A DNA stretch of 64,000 nucleotides, from contig OY970240.1 of assembly GCA_963715445.1 (NCBI GenBank), positions 2,008,839 through 2,072,838 on the forward strand, written 5' to 3'. Source of the stretch: an uncultured Solirubrobacterales bacterium (lineage in GTDB: Bacteria > Actinomycetota > Thermoleophilia > Solirubrobacterales > Thermoleophilaceae). Shown piece after piece: positions 42,670 to 54,014 of this stretch. The notes under the pieces were generated by a model, which saw only the letters and a list, made by a program, of their open reading frames with translations, ran no database searches and had not been told where the DNA came from. Position 1 is the first letter of the stretch; each line of letters begins with the position of its first letter. Position numbers and translations under genes: made by a program.

Positions 42670-43371
42670 ATGAAACAGTCACTGCTGATCGTGGAGGACG
42701 ACGAGGCCACGGCCCGCTTCCTCGCTGACAACCTCGCTGCCGACGGCTTCGGCGTCGCGACCGCGTCCGGCGCCGCCGAGGGCGTGCGCCAGATCGAGGT
42801 CCGGCACCCAGCCCTCGTGCTGCTCGACCTCTCGCTGGACGACGGCGACGGCCTGCAGCTGCTCGACCGCGTTCGCGCGGCCGACGGCATGGCCTCGCGG
42901 ATCGATCCCGAGCTGCCGGTGATCGTGATCACCGGCCGCAGCGGGGAGTCCGATCGCGTGCGCGGCTTCGCCCGCGGCGCCGACGACTACCTGGTCAAGC
43001 CATACAGCTACGCCGAGCTGCTCGGGCGGGTGCGCGCCGTTCTGCGTCGCGCAGAGGGCCGGCGCCAGCGCGGCGTGGTGAGGGTGGCGGACCTGACGCT
43101 CGACCCGGCCACCCGGTCGGTGCGGTTGGCGGGACGGCCCGTGCACCTTTCGGCCAAGGAGTTCGCGCTGCTGCAGCGGCTGGCGGACGATCCGGAGCGC
43201 GTCTGCACCAAGAACGAGCTGCTGCGCGACGTGTGGGGATACATCTCGATCGGCCGCACGCGAACGGTGGATGCGCATGCCTGCCGCCTGCGCCGGAAGC
43301 TGCAGCCCTCGTCCCGCCCATGGGTGCTCAACGTGCGCGGCGTCGGCTACCGCCTGACGGAGGCGCTGTGA
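42670..43371 (+). CDS. OmpR/PhoB-type response regulator
   Basis: LLIVEDDE, LVLLDLSLDDGDG, DDYLVKP, winged-helix LSAKEFALLQRL...VRGVGYRL. Confidence 0.9.
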   Translation: MKQSLLIVEDDEATARFLADNLAADGFGVATASGAAEGVRQIEVRHPALVLLDLSLDDGDGLQLLDRVRAADGMASRIDPELPVIVITGRSGESDRVRGFARGADDYLVKPYSYAELLGRVRAVLRRAEGRRQRGVVRVADLTLDPATRSVRLAGRPVHLSAKEFALLQRLADDPERVCTKNELLRDVWGYISIGRTRTVDAHACRLRRKLQPSSRPWVLNVRGVGYRLTEAL

Positions 43372-44141
43372 GCACCGCGACGTTGATCGCCGCAGCGGGG
43401 GCCGGATGGCTGGCCCTCGCCGGGATGGCGGTGGTGGCGCTGCGCCTCCATCGCCGCCTCGAGCTGGTGGGCGATGCGGCCCACGAGCTGCGGGGCCCTC
43501 TCGCGACGGTCTCGCTGGCGCTCAGCTCGCTGCGGCGCGAGCCGGACGGGCCCAGCCGGGCGATGCCCTTCGAGACAGAGCTGGAGCGGATGCGCGCGGG
43601 TCTCGCCGATCTCGACGCGGCGCGCGCCGGACAGCGCGCTCCCGCTCGGCCGGTGGTGGTGTCGCTCGAGAGGCTGCTGCGCGGCGCCGTGGACGGTTGG
43701 CGCCCGATCGCCTGGGCCAATGGGCGAGATCTGCGCCTGCGCTGGGAGGCGGGCGGGGCGGAGGTGCTGGCGGACCGTGGGCGGATCTCTCAAGCGCTGG
43801 GCAACCTGGTGGCGAACGCCGTGGAGCACGGGTCCGGGCCGGTCGAGCTGCATGCGGCGCGCATGAGGGACCAGGCGGTTCGCGTTGAGGTGCGCGATTC
43901 CGGTCCATCCTTCCGCGGAAGCCTCAGCCAGCGGCCGCTGAGGGATCGCGGCCGGGGCCTCGGCATCGTTGCGCGCGCGGTGGAGGAGGCCGGCGGGAAG
44001 CTCACCGTGGAGCATCACCACGACGGGACCACCGCCGCCGTCGAGTTCCCGCTGGTCGAGACTCCCGAGGAGCATCTCGCCGTCGTCGAGCCGCTGAGGC
44101 CTCTCGCGCCGGTCATCGCGCTGCCGCTGCGGCGCCGATGA
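43368..44141 (+). CDS. Small sensor histidine kinase
   Basis: GTG at 43368 overlaps the RR stop (GTGA). One TM, H-box AAHELRGPLATV, N-box LGNLVANAVEHG, G-box GRGLGIV. Confidence 0.8.
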   Translation: MSTATLIAAAGAGWLALAGMAVVALRLHRRLELVGDAAHELRGPLATVSLALSSLRREPDGPSRAMPFETELERMRAGLADLDAARAGQRAPARPVVVSLERLLRGAVDGWRPIAWANGRDLRLRWEAGGAEVLADRGRISQALGNLVANAVEHGSGPVELHAARMRDQAVRVEVRDSGPSFRGSLSQRPLRDRGRGLGIVARAVEEAGGKLTVEHHHDGTTAAVEFPLVETPEEHLAVVEPLRPLAPVIALPLRRR

Positions 44142-44884
44142 GCGTGGCCACAAGCAGGCGGCGTCGAGCCGTCGTGCTGCTCGCCCTCGCGATCGCCTGC
44201 GGCGGCCTCGCGGCCTCTGAGGTGAGCGACCGGCTGCGCGAGGTCGAGGGCCAGGTCGGGGCTCCGGTCCCGGTGGTCGCGGCCGCAAGGGACCTGCCCG
44301 CCGGCAGCGAGCTCGGTCCCGACGACCTCACGGTGCTCCAGGTTCCCGAGCGCTTCGCCCCTCGGGACGCGGCATCGGAGCCCGGCCAGGTGATCGGCCT
44401 CAGCACCGCGGGCCCGGTGGCGGCCGGCAGCCCGGTCACGGCAGGAGCGCTGGGCGGCGTCGAGGTGGATGGCGGTTCGGGAGCGCTGCGCCGTGGTGAG
44501 CGAGCGCTGGAGGTCGCCGTCGCGGGAGGCGCGGCGCTGGCGGAGGGATCTGCGCCGGGCTCGCGCGTGGACGTGCTGGTGTCCACCGAGCCCAGCACCG
44601 GATCGGGTCGCACGTTCGTCGCGCTCGAGGACGTGGAGCTGCTCGCTCTCGGCGGGTCCGGAGGCGTCGACGGCGAAGGCGCCAGTCTCGGAGGCGGGCT
44701 CGGAGCGGTGGAGGGTGGCGCGGCGGAGGCGGCATCGGCGATCGCCACCCTGCGCGTGACCCTTCGGCAGGCGGTCTACCTCACGGCGGCTCAGAGCTTC
44801 GCGCGCGAGGTGCGCCTGCTCGCTCGGCCTCCCGGCGATCGGCGCCGGCTCGGCCGCGCGACCGTCACCTCGGACGGCCTCTAA
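44138..44884 (+). CDS. cpaB: Flp pilus assembly protein CpaB (SAF/RcpC domain)
   Basis: N-terminal TM, VVAAARDLPAGSELGPDDLTVLQVP, ...RVDVLVS.... ATGA overlap with the HK stop. Confidence 0.75.
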   Translation: MSVATSRRRRAVVLLALAIACGGLAASEVSDRLREVEGQVGAPVPVVAAARDLPAGSELGPDDLTVLQVPERFAPRDAASEPGQVIGLSTAGPVAAGSPVTAGALGGVEVDGGSGALRRGERALEVAVAGGAALAEGSAPGSRVDVLVSTEPSTGSGRTFVALEDVELLALGGSGGVDGEGASLGGGLGAVEGGAAEAASAIATLRVTLRQAVYLTAAQSFAREVRLLARPPGDRRRLGRATVTSDGL

Positions 44885-44948
44885 GCCCGCAAGCGATTTC
44901 ACCGCACGCGACCGTGACTGAGCGGCTCTACGCCGAGGGTGCCTGTGC

Positions 44949-45638
44949 TCAGGCGGGGGTGAGGCGCTCGACGTCGCCCTCGGGGGTGCCGAGCAGGGCG
45001 AGCTCGGTCATGCCGATGAAGAGGCCGTGCTCCAGGACGCCGGGCACGCGCCGCAGCTCCTCGGCGAGCTCGTCGGGATCGGTGCCCGCGGGGATCGCGC
45101 AGTCGAGGATGTGGTGGCCCTCGTCGGTCAGGAACGCCGAGTCGCCGGCCGTGCGCAGCGTGGGCTCGTCGAGCAGGGAGGCCAGCCGGCGGCGGGTGTC
45201 GCGCCAGGCGAAGCGGGCCACCTCCACCGGGAGCTTGAAGGTCTCGCCCAGCCGCTCCACACGCTTGCCCGTCTCGGCGACGACCACGAACCGTCGCGCC
45301 GCCGCGATCACGACCTTCTCGCGCAGCAGCGCACCGCCGCCGCCCTTGATGAGCCGCAGCCGGGGATCCACCTCGTCGGCGCCGTCGAGCGCCAGGTCGA
45401 GCTCGAACGAGCCGTCGAGCTCGACGATCTCGATTCCCGCGGCGCGGGCCCGTGCGTCGGTGAGTTCGGAGGCCACGACGGCGCGCAGGGGAGGGCCCTC
45501 CGGCCAGCGCTCCGCGAGCCGCTCCACGACCCTCCAGACGGCCCGCCCCGAGCCGAGGCCGAGCGTCATGCCGCTCTCGACGAGCTCGACCGCGGCCAGC
45601 GAGGCGGCCTCGCGGGCCGGTGAGCGCTCGTCTCCCAT
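44949..45638 (-). CDS. rpiA: Ribose-5-phosphate isomerase A
   Basis: LGLGSGRAV, DGADEVDPRLRLIKGGGGALLREK. Start trimmed to the ATG at 45638. Confidence 0.85.
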   Translation of the reverse strand: MGDERSPAREAASLAAVELVESGMTLGLGSGRAVWRVVERLAERWPEGPPLRAVVASELTDARARAAGIEIVELDGSFELDLALDGADEVDPRLRLIKGGGGALLREKVVIAAARRFVVVAETGKRVERLGETFKLPVEVARFAWRDTRRRLASLLDEPTLRTAGDSAFLTDEGHHILDCAIPAGTDPDELAEELRRVPGVLEHGLFIGMTELALLGTPEGDVERLTPA

Positions 45639-45806
45639 GCAGTGCGGTTCTACCACTCCCGTGGGCCGGAAGGCCCTGTTCCGACAGTGCGGCACCCTCT
45701 ATGATCTAAGCCGACTCGTATCAAGTTCTTTCATACGTGCCATGAGGGGTCCGGCGTGACGCGCTATACTTCTTACACTTCGTAAGCTGAGATGGAGGAC
45801 GAGGCC

Positions 45807-48112
<2,306 letters not shown>

Positions 48113-48116
<4 letters not shown>

Positions 48117-48904
48117 ACGGACTGCGTGAGGCCGCCGTCCACGAGCACCGTGGTGCCCGTGACGTAGGCGGCGGCCTCCGAGCAGAGGAAGGCGACGGCG
48201 GCGGCGAGCTCCTCGGGCGAGCCGAGCCTCCCGGCCGGGACGTTGTCCTTCGCCCAGGCCTGGGCGTTCTCGAGCGAGCCGGCCATCTCCGCCAGGCGGT
48301 CCGTGGCGATCCGGCCCGGGAGGACGGTGTTGATGGTCACCCCGTCGGAGGCGACCTGCCGCGCGAGCGTCTTGTAGGCCGCGAGCAGCGCCGAGCGGTG
48401 GGAGTTCGAGAGCATCAGCGCCGCGATCGGCTCGCGCACGGCGCTCGACGAGATGCCCACCACGCGCCCGAACCCGCGCTCGCGCATGCCGGGCACCACC
48501 CGCTCGACGAGCGCCATGGGGGACAGGACGAGGTCGCGGTAGGCGGCCTCCCACTGGTCGCGGCCGAAGCCGAGCGCGTCCGGTCCCGCCGGCGGGCCGC
48601 CGGTGTTCGTCACCAGCACCTCGAGCGGGCCGAGGTCCGCCTCTACGGCCCCGACGAGGTCCTCGACCCCCGCGAGGTCGGCGCTGTCGTAGACGTACGC
48701 CCGCGCCCCGATCTCGGCGGCCGCAGACTCGATCCGCTCCTTCGAGCGCGAGCTGATCGCCACCTGCGCACCCTCTGCCGCGAGCGTTCTGGCAACGGCC
48801 AGGCCGAGTCCCTTCGAGGCGCCGGTCACGAGCGCCGTCCGTCCCTTCAAGCCGAGGTCCACGGCTGCAGCGTAGCCCTCCGGGCCGCGCAGCCGGGCGG
48901 CCAT
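48113..48904 (-). CDS. SDR family oxidoreductase (FabG-like)
   Basis: [22 protein letters not shown]. Start uncertain (ATG 48904 or GTG 48862). Confidence 0.8.
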
Positions 48905-48929
48905 CCGCGGGATCTGCTTGACTACCCGC

Positions 48930-49092
48930 TTCGTAAAGACAAGCCGAGTCTCCGTCGCTCCATGCGACGGGGAACGGGGGAACCACTGGGGTCGGCAGCA
49001 CGCCGTCCCCCGGGGCGAATCACCGCCAGCGTGCGGTGTAGCGCACTTTCCAGCGCGAGCCCGTCAGCTCACCCCGTAGGCACCGGAAAGAG
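48930..49092 (+). promoter_or_regulatory. c-di-AMP riboswitch (ydaO/yuaA class)
   Basis: ACGGGGAACGGGGGAACCAC, CCGGGGCGAATCACC and GAGCCCGTCAGCTCACCCCGTAGGC match the conserved ydaO blocks. Located directly upstream of an Rpf-like gene. Confidence 0.7.
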
Positions 49093-49106
49093 GAGTCAAG
49101 AACGTT

Positions 49107-49790
49107 TTGCGCCCCCATGACGTTGCCGTTCAGCATCTCGACTGCCGCCCGCGCGGCATCTCCCGCCTGGCCCGTGCAGCGTTGGCATTCGCCGTTCTGA
49201 GCCTGCTCGGCGCTTCGGCGTCGACCGGCTCGGCGCTGGCGGACGACGTGCAGCCCGTCGGCGGCTCTGCCGGTGCCGCCGTGGCGAGCGCGGAGGAGAC
49301 GCTTCGCGAGGGCGATCGCGGCCCAGCCGTAGAGAGCCTCCAGCGCCGGCTGCGCCTCCCGGCCGACGGCGTGTTCGGCTCCAAGACCAAGAGCGCCGTC
49401 ATGCGCTTCCAGCGGCGCCGCGGCCTCGAGGTGGACGGGATCGTCGGACCGATAACCCGTCGCGCTCTGGGACTCGCCCGCTTCAGCTCGAGCAGCGTCC
49501 GGCACTCCGAGCCCGACGAGGAGAGCGACGTTCGGATTCCCGCCAGGCTGCGGAAGATCGCCGAGTGCGAGTCCGGAGGCAATCCGCGCGCGGTGTCTTC
49601 GAACGGCCGCTACCGCGGCAAGTACCAGTTCTCCCGTGCCACATGGAAGGCGATGGGAGGCAGCGGCCGCGATCCGGCCAAGGCATCCGAGAGCCACCAG
49701 GACCGTGTCGCGCTCAAGCTGTTCAAGGCCCGGGGCGCCGCGCCCTGGCCCTCCTGCGGCGCTCGCGCCCGCTTTCGCGCTCGCGCCTGA
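49107..49790 (+). CDS. Secreted peptidoglycan-binding (PG_binding_1) plus Rpf-like transglycosylase domain protein
   Basis: Signal peptide. GDRGPAVESLQRRLRLPADGVFGSKTKSAVMRFQ. IAECESGGNPRAVSSNGRYRGKYQFSRATW. TTG start 11 nt after AAGAGGAG. Confidence 0.75.
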   Translation: MRPHDVAVQHLDCRPRGISRLARAALAFAVLSLLGASASTGSALADDVQPVGGSAGAAVASAEETLREGDRGPAVESLQRRLRLPADGVFGSKTKSAVMRFQRRRGLEVDGIVGPITRRALGLARFSSSSVRHSEPDEESDVRIPARLRKIAECESGGNPRAVSSNGRYRGKYQFSRATWKAMGGSGRDPAKASESHQDRVALKLFKARGAAPWPSCGARARFRARA

Positions 49791-49854
49791 CGCCTCAGGC
49801 GCTCTCGCCCCTCGTCGCGCCTAACGCGTGGGCGCTCTCGCGCGTCGTTGCCGG

Positions 49855-50097
49855 TCAGGAACCCTCGTCCGGCCAGCGGCCGTGCTGCTCGAAGTAGCGC
49901 CGTGCGTCCTCTTCGGCGTCTCGGTCCGAATCTCCGCTGACGCCGATCCTGTGCAGCACGTTCAGCAACAGGACGGCGAACCCGGCGCCCGCGAACAGTG
50001 AGAACCCCTCCAGCCGCTGGCTCTCCGGCGCCAGCGCCAAGACGAGGATCCCGGCGACGAGGAAGGCGATCGGGATTCCGTAGCGGACAAGGGTCAC
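49855..50097 (-). CDS. Small two-TM membrane protein
   Basis: 80 aa: IPIAFLVAGILVLALAP ... FSLFAGAGFAVLLLNVL. Confidence 0.4.
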   Translation of the reverse strand: MTLVRYGIPIAFLVAGILVLALAPESQRLEGFSLFAGAGFAVLLLNVLHRIGVSGDSDRDAEEDARRYFEQHGRWPDEGS

Positions 50098-50156
50098 GAG
50101 ACTCAGGTTAGAGGCGGGCGAGGCCGGGCGGGGCGAACTCGGGGCGAGCTGCGCCT

Positions 50157-51329
50157 GTGGTGGGCATGGAGGCGATCGAGGAGCTCGCCCACGCTCTCCG
50201 CGAGCGCCTGATCGAGCGCGCGCGAGCGGGAGAGGCCGGGGGCGACCTGAACGAGGAGGTGGCCGCGCTCGTGGAGCGCGAGGCGGCTCCGCTGGACGAT
50301 GCGCATCGAGCCGAGCTGCGTCAGCGGGTCATGCTGCTCGCGACGGGCTTAGGCCCACTGGAGCCGCTGCTGGCCGACCCGGCCGTCGACGAGGTGATGG
50401 TCAACGGCCCCGGCGAGGTCTACGTCGAGCGGCGCGGCCACATCGAGGGCACGGCGGTGCGCTTCGCCTCCGGAGCGGAGCTGATGCACGCGATCGAGCG
50501 GATCCTGGCGCCGTTGGGGCGCCGGGTGGACGAGGCCTCACCGCTGTGCGACGCGCGGCTGGCGGACGGGTCGCGCGTGAACGTGGTGATCCCGCCGCTC
50601 TCGCTCTCCGGGCCCTGCCTCACGATCCGGCGCTTCCGCCGCGAGGGCTTCTCGCTCGCGCAGCTGGTCGAGGGCGGAACGCTCCCCGCGGAAGCCGCCG
50701 GCCTGCTCGAGCGGTGCGTCGCGGCTCGGGCGTCGATCCTCGTCAGCGGCGGCACCGGCTCCGGGAAGACGACCACGCTCAACGCGCTCTCGGGGGCGAT
50801 CCCCACCGGCGAGCGGATCGTAACGATCGAGGACGCGGCCGAGCTGCGCCTGCGCCAGCCCCACGTGGTGCGCCTCGAGGCGCGGCCGGCGAACCTCGAG
50901 GGCCGGGGCGAGGTGACGATCCGGGCGCTCGTGCGCAATGCGCTGCGAATGCGGCCCGACCGGATCGTGGTCGGCGAGGTGCGGGGCGCCGAGGCACTCG
51001 ATCTCCTGCAGGCGCTCAACACGGGCCACGACGGCTCGCTCTCGACCGTCCACGCCAACTCCCCCGAGGACGCCCTGCGGCGCCTCGAGACGCTGGCGCT
51101 GATGGCCGGCCTCGGCCTGCCGCACGCCGCCGTCAGGGAGCAGGTGGCCGCCGCCGTGGATCTCGTGGTGCACCAGGCGCGGCGCCCCGATGGCTCTCGC
51201 GTGGTCGAGTCGATCGTGGAGGTGGTCCGGGCTGCGGGAGGAGCGGGCACGCGTGCGCTGCTGGCGGAGGGGCTGTTGGGCGAGCCGAGCGAGGGCCCGC
51301 TGCGCGAGCGCCTGCGCGCGCGAGGATGA
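50157..51329 (+). CDS. cpaF: CpaF/TadA family type IV (Flp) pilus assembly ATPase
   Basis: VDEVMVNGPGEVYVE, ILVSGGTGSGKTTTLNAL, IVTIEDAAEL, RMRPDRIVVGEVRG, NTGHDGSLSTVHAN. Confidence 0.9.
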   Translation: MVGMEAIEELAHALRERLIERARAGEAGGDLNEEVAALVEREAAPLDDAHRAELRQRVMLLATGLGPLEPLLADPAVDEVMVNGPGEVYVERRGHIEGTAVRFASGAELMHAIERILAPLGRRVDEASPLCDARLADGSRVNVVIPPLSLSGPCLTIRRFRREGFSLAQLVEGGTLPAEAAGLLERCVAARASILVSGGTGSGKTTTLNALSGAIPTGERIVTIEDAAELRLRQPHVVRLEARPANLEGRGEVTIRALVRNALRMRPDRIVVGEVRGAEALDLLQALNTGHDGSLSTVHANSPEDALRRLETLALMAGLGLPHAAVREQVAAAVDLVVHQARRPDGSRVVESIVEVVRAAGGAGTRALLAEGLLGEPSEGPLRERLRARG

Positions 51330-52192
51330 GCCCGGCGCTCACGCTCGGCTTCGCCGCGGGTTCCTTCGGGGCCTGGGCGCTCGTCGAGCTTGCGCTGGCG
51401 GGAGTGCCCGCGCTGCGGTTGCGGGTGCCAAGGGCGCTGCGCGGTGCGGAGGGGCTCGTGGAGGTGGTGGTCCGAGCCGGCCGGGAGGGCCGCGACCCGG
51501 CAGCGCTCGAGCGCAGGCGCCTGCTGGCTGCGGGTGCGGTGATCGCCTTCTGCGCCGGTGCGGCATTGATGGGACCGGTCCCAGGGCTCGCGTGCGCAGC
51601 CGCCGGGCCGTGGTCTGTGGCGCGCGTTCTACGGGCCCGCCGCGAGCGCTACCGGCGAGCCGTCGACGCGGGATCGTCAACCATCGCCGTCGCTCTCGCG
51701 GACGCGCTGGCAGCGGGCCACTCGCTGCGCGGCGCTGTGGCGGAGGCGGTTCGCGGGCTCGACGGGCAGGCGGGGCATGAGCTGCGCCGCACAGCGGCCG
51801 AGCTGGCGGCAGGCGCGCCGACCGATGTGGCTCTTACGGCGCTTGCCGCCCGCACGCGTGCGCCGCGCCTGGAGGCGATCGTCGCTGCCTGCCTCGTGCA
51901 GGGCGGGCTGGGAGGAGACCTGGCTCGGCTCCTGCGCGAGTGCGCCGAGGCCTTCGAGGATCAGGCGCGCCTCGACGGAGAGGTGCGGGCGGCCACGGCG
52001 CAGGCGCGCTTCACCGGCCTGATCGTCGTGCTGCTGCCGTTCGGCGGAGCGCTGCTCGCCGAGCTGGCGAGCCCGGGGTTCCTGGGCGGGCTTGCGGGCT
52101 CCTTCATGACGGCGTGGCTGGTCGGGCTGGCGCTGGCGATGCAGGTGGCGGCGTCGGTGCTGATCCACCGGCTCGGCAAGGTCCGCTGGTGA
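51326..52192 (+). CDS. tadB: TadB-like type II secretion system F family membrane protein
   Basis: ATGA overlap with cpaF. T2SSF-like core (LADALAAGHSL..., ARFTGLIVVLLPFGGALL). Confidence 0.7.
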   Translation: MSPALTLGFAAGSFGAWALVELALAGVPALRLRVPRALRGAEGLVEVVVRAGREGRDPAALERRRLLAAGAVIAFCAGAALMGPVPGLACAAAGPWSVARVLRARRERYRRAVDAGSSTIAVALADALAAGHSLRGAVAEAVRGLDGQAGHELRRTAAELAAGAPTDVALTALAARTRAPRLEAIVAACLVQGGLGGDLARLLRECAEAFEDQARLDGEVRAATAQARFTGLIVVLLPFGGALLAELASPGFLGGLAGSFMTAWLVGLALAMQVAASVLIHRLGKVRW

Positions 52193-53064
52193 TCGCGGCC
52201 GTCTTGGCATTCGCCGCCGCCGTGCTGGCGGTGCTCGGCCTCTTCTCGTTGGCGCCCGTGAGGATGCCCGCCCGCCGCTGGGGGAGGCCCCGAGGGGATC
52301 GAGCGGCGCGGGTGCCGGTGGCGCTGCGCCTGCTGGCCGGAGTGGGCCGCGCGGCCGTCCGTCAGGGTGCGCCGCGCGAGGTCGAGCGCCGCATCGTCGC
52401 GGCCGGCCGGCCCGCGGGAGTCGGCTCGTCCGAGGTGATGGCCGCCAAGGTGGGCGGCGCGGTGGCCGTCGGCCTCTGCTCGGTCTCGCTGGGAGCGATG
52501 GCGCCGGGACGCCTGGGCCTGTTCATGATCGTCGCGGGGCCGGTGGCGGGCTTCCTGCTACCGGACCTGTGGCTCTCCCGGCGCGCGGCCGAGCGGGCTC
52601 GTGCGGCTCGGCGTCAGCTGCCGGGGATGCTCGACCTGCTTAGGGTCACCGTCGAGGCCGGGTCCTCGCTGCCCCGCGCGCTCGCCACGGTCGGCGGCCG
52701 CTCACGCGGACCGCTGGCGGCCGAGTGGAGGGCCACCGGGCACGAGGCGGCGCTCGGGGTGCCGCTCGAAGATGCGCTTGCGGGGATGGCAGAGCGGCTG
52801 CCGCTGCCCGAGGTGCGCGCGCTGGCCACCGCGCTCGAGCGCACACGGCGGCACGGCGTTCCGCTGGGCTCCACGCTCGCCGCCCAGGCGCGCGACGCCC
52901 GCCTCGCCCTGCGCCGCCACGTGCAGGAGGAGGCCGCCCGCGCGGCGCCCAAGATCCAGCTCGTCGTGGCGCTGCTGCTGGTGCCGTCGGTCCTGCTGCT
53001 CGTGGCCGCCGCGCTGCTCTCGGCCCTGCTGGGCTCGCCCCAGGGCGGCATCGGCGAGCTGTAG
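52189..53064 (+). CDS. tadC: TadC-like type II secretion system F family membrane protein
   Basis: GTGA overlap with tadB. LPGMLDLLRVTVEAGSSLPRAL..., KIQLVVALLLVPSVLLLVAA. Confidence 0.7.
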   Translation: MIAAVLAFAAAVLAVLGLFSLAPVRMPARRWGRPRGDRAARVPVALRLLAGVGRAAVRQGAPREVERRIVAAGRPAGVGSSEVMAAKVGGAVAVGLCSVSLGAMAPGRLGLFMIVAGPVAGFLLPDLWLSRRAAERARAARRQLPGMLDLLRVTVEAGSSLPRALATVGGRSRGPLAAEWRATGHEAALGVPLEDALAGMAERLPLPEVRALATALERTRRHGVPLGSTLAAQARDARLALRRHVQEEAARAAPKIQLVVALLLVPSVLLLVAAALLSALLGSPQGGIGEL

Positions 53065-53091
53065 CCGGCTGGTGGTGAGGCGCTGAGGAAC

Positions 53092-53133
53092 TTCGGACAG
53101 TTAGAGGGGCTATGGCCCCGCTAAGTGTCCGAA
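53092..53133. terminator. Long imperfect hairpin between convergent tadC and the ABC-2 permease
   Basis: TTCGGACAGTTAGAGGGGC-TAT-GGCCCCGCTAAGTGTCCGAA (19-20-nt arms, 2 mismatches). Confidence 0.55.
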
Positions 53134-53180
53134 ATACTTGGTGGAGGTGACGGCCACCTGGGGCGGAGGCGAAGGAGGCG

Positions 53181-54014
53181 CTAGTTGACGAGCTTGCGCG
53201 TCATGCCGTAGATGGCGACGCGCCAGGCGGCGATGCCGAAGGCGAGGATCGCCGCGAGGTGGCCGAGATCGGCCAGGCCCTCCCAGCCGAACACCGCGTG
53301 GCGGACCAGCTGGACGCAGTGGAACAGCGGGTTGAAGTGCGCGAGGACCTGGGCCCACTCCGGCAGCTGGTCGATCGGGAAGAAGGTCCCGGCCACGAGG
53401 AACAGCGGCGTGATCACGGCGCTCGTGATGTAGCTGAAGTTGTCGATCGACTTGACGAACGCGGCGACCGAGATGCCGAAGTTCGACCAGCCGAAGCCCG
53501 CGATGAAGTTGATCCCCGGCACGGCGAGCATCCCCCAGCTCGGGTCGAGCCCGAACAGCATCGCCACCAGCAGCGGCGCGCAGCCGAAGACGCTGGCGCG
53601 CATGGCCATCCAGAGCGACTCGGCGGTGACGAGCTCCTCGGTGTCGACCGGGGCCGCGAGGATCGCGTCGTAGGTGTGCTGGAACTGGTACTTGACGAAC
53701 GTCCCGAACATGGAGGGCATCGCCGAGGAGAAGAGGACGGCCATGGCGACCATCCCGGTGGCGACGAACTCCTTGTAGGAGATTCCTCCGCCGACGCCCG
53801 AGACGAGGGAGCCGAGGCCGAAGCCGAAGGCGAGCAGGTAGATCGTCGGCTCGATCGTCGACGAGAAGGTGGTCGAGCGCCAGTAGGACGAGAAGTTGAT
53901 CATCTCGCGCACGAGGACGCCGCCGATCGCGCTCGGCTCGAAGCGGTGGAGGCGCCGGGTGGGCGGGGGAGCGGGGCTGCCGGCGCGCTCGCTGGTCACC
54001 GTCGCGCCGGTCAT
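53181..54014 (-). CDS. ABC-2 type transporter permease (DrrB/NodJ-like)
   Basis: VLVREMINFSSYWRSTTFSSTIEPTIYLLAFGFGLG. Six hydrophobic spans. Confidence 0.8.
   Translation of the reverse strand: MTGATVTSERAGSPAPPPTRRLHRFEPSAIGGVLVREMINFSSYWRSTTFSSTIEPTIYLLAFGFGLGSLVSGVGGGISYKEFVATGMVAMAVLFSSAMPSMFGTFVKYQFQHTYDAILAAPVDTEELVTAESLWMAMRASVFGCAPLLVAMLFGLDPSWGMLAVPGINFIAGFGWSNFGISVAAFVKSIDNFSYITSAVITPLFLVAGTFFPIDQLPEWAQVLAHFNPLFHCVQLVRHAVFGWEGLADLGHLAAILAFGIAAWRVAIYGMTRKLVN

Noticed and set aside
45696-45806. HspR (HAIR) or HrcA (CIRCE) operator upstream of lon
   Set aside because: Only a short dyad CTTAC-N5-GTAAG (45772-45786) and partial ACTC..TCAAG fragments are present. There is no convincing match to CTTGAGT-N7-ACTCAAG or to CIRCE.
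49117-49200. ATG-initiated short ORF (MTLPFSISTAARAASPAWPVQRWHSPF) just after the c-di-AMP riboswitch as the real start of the Rpf-like gene or a leader peptide
   Set aside because: It is out of frame with the signal peptide and domains of the Rpf-like protein and ends after 27 codons. The in-frame TTG at 49107 behind AAGAGGAG fits better.
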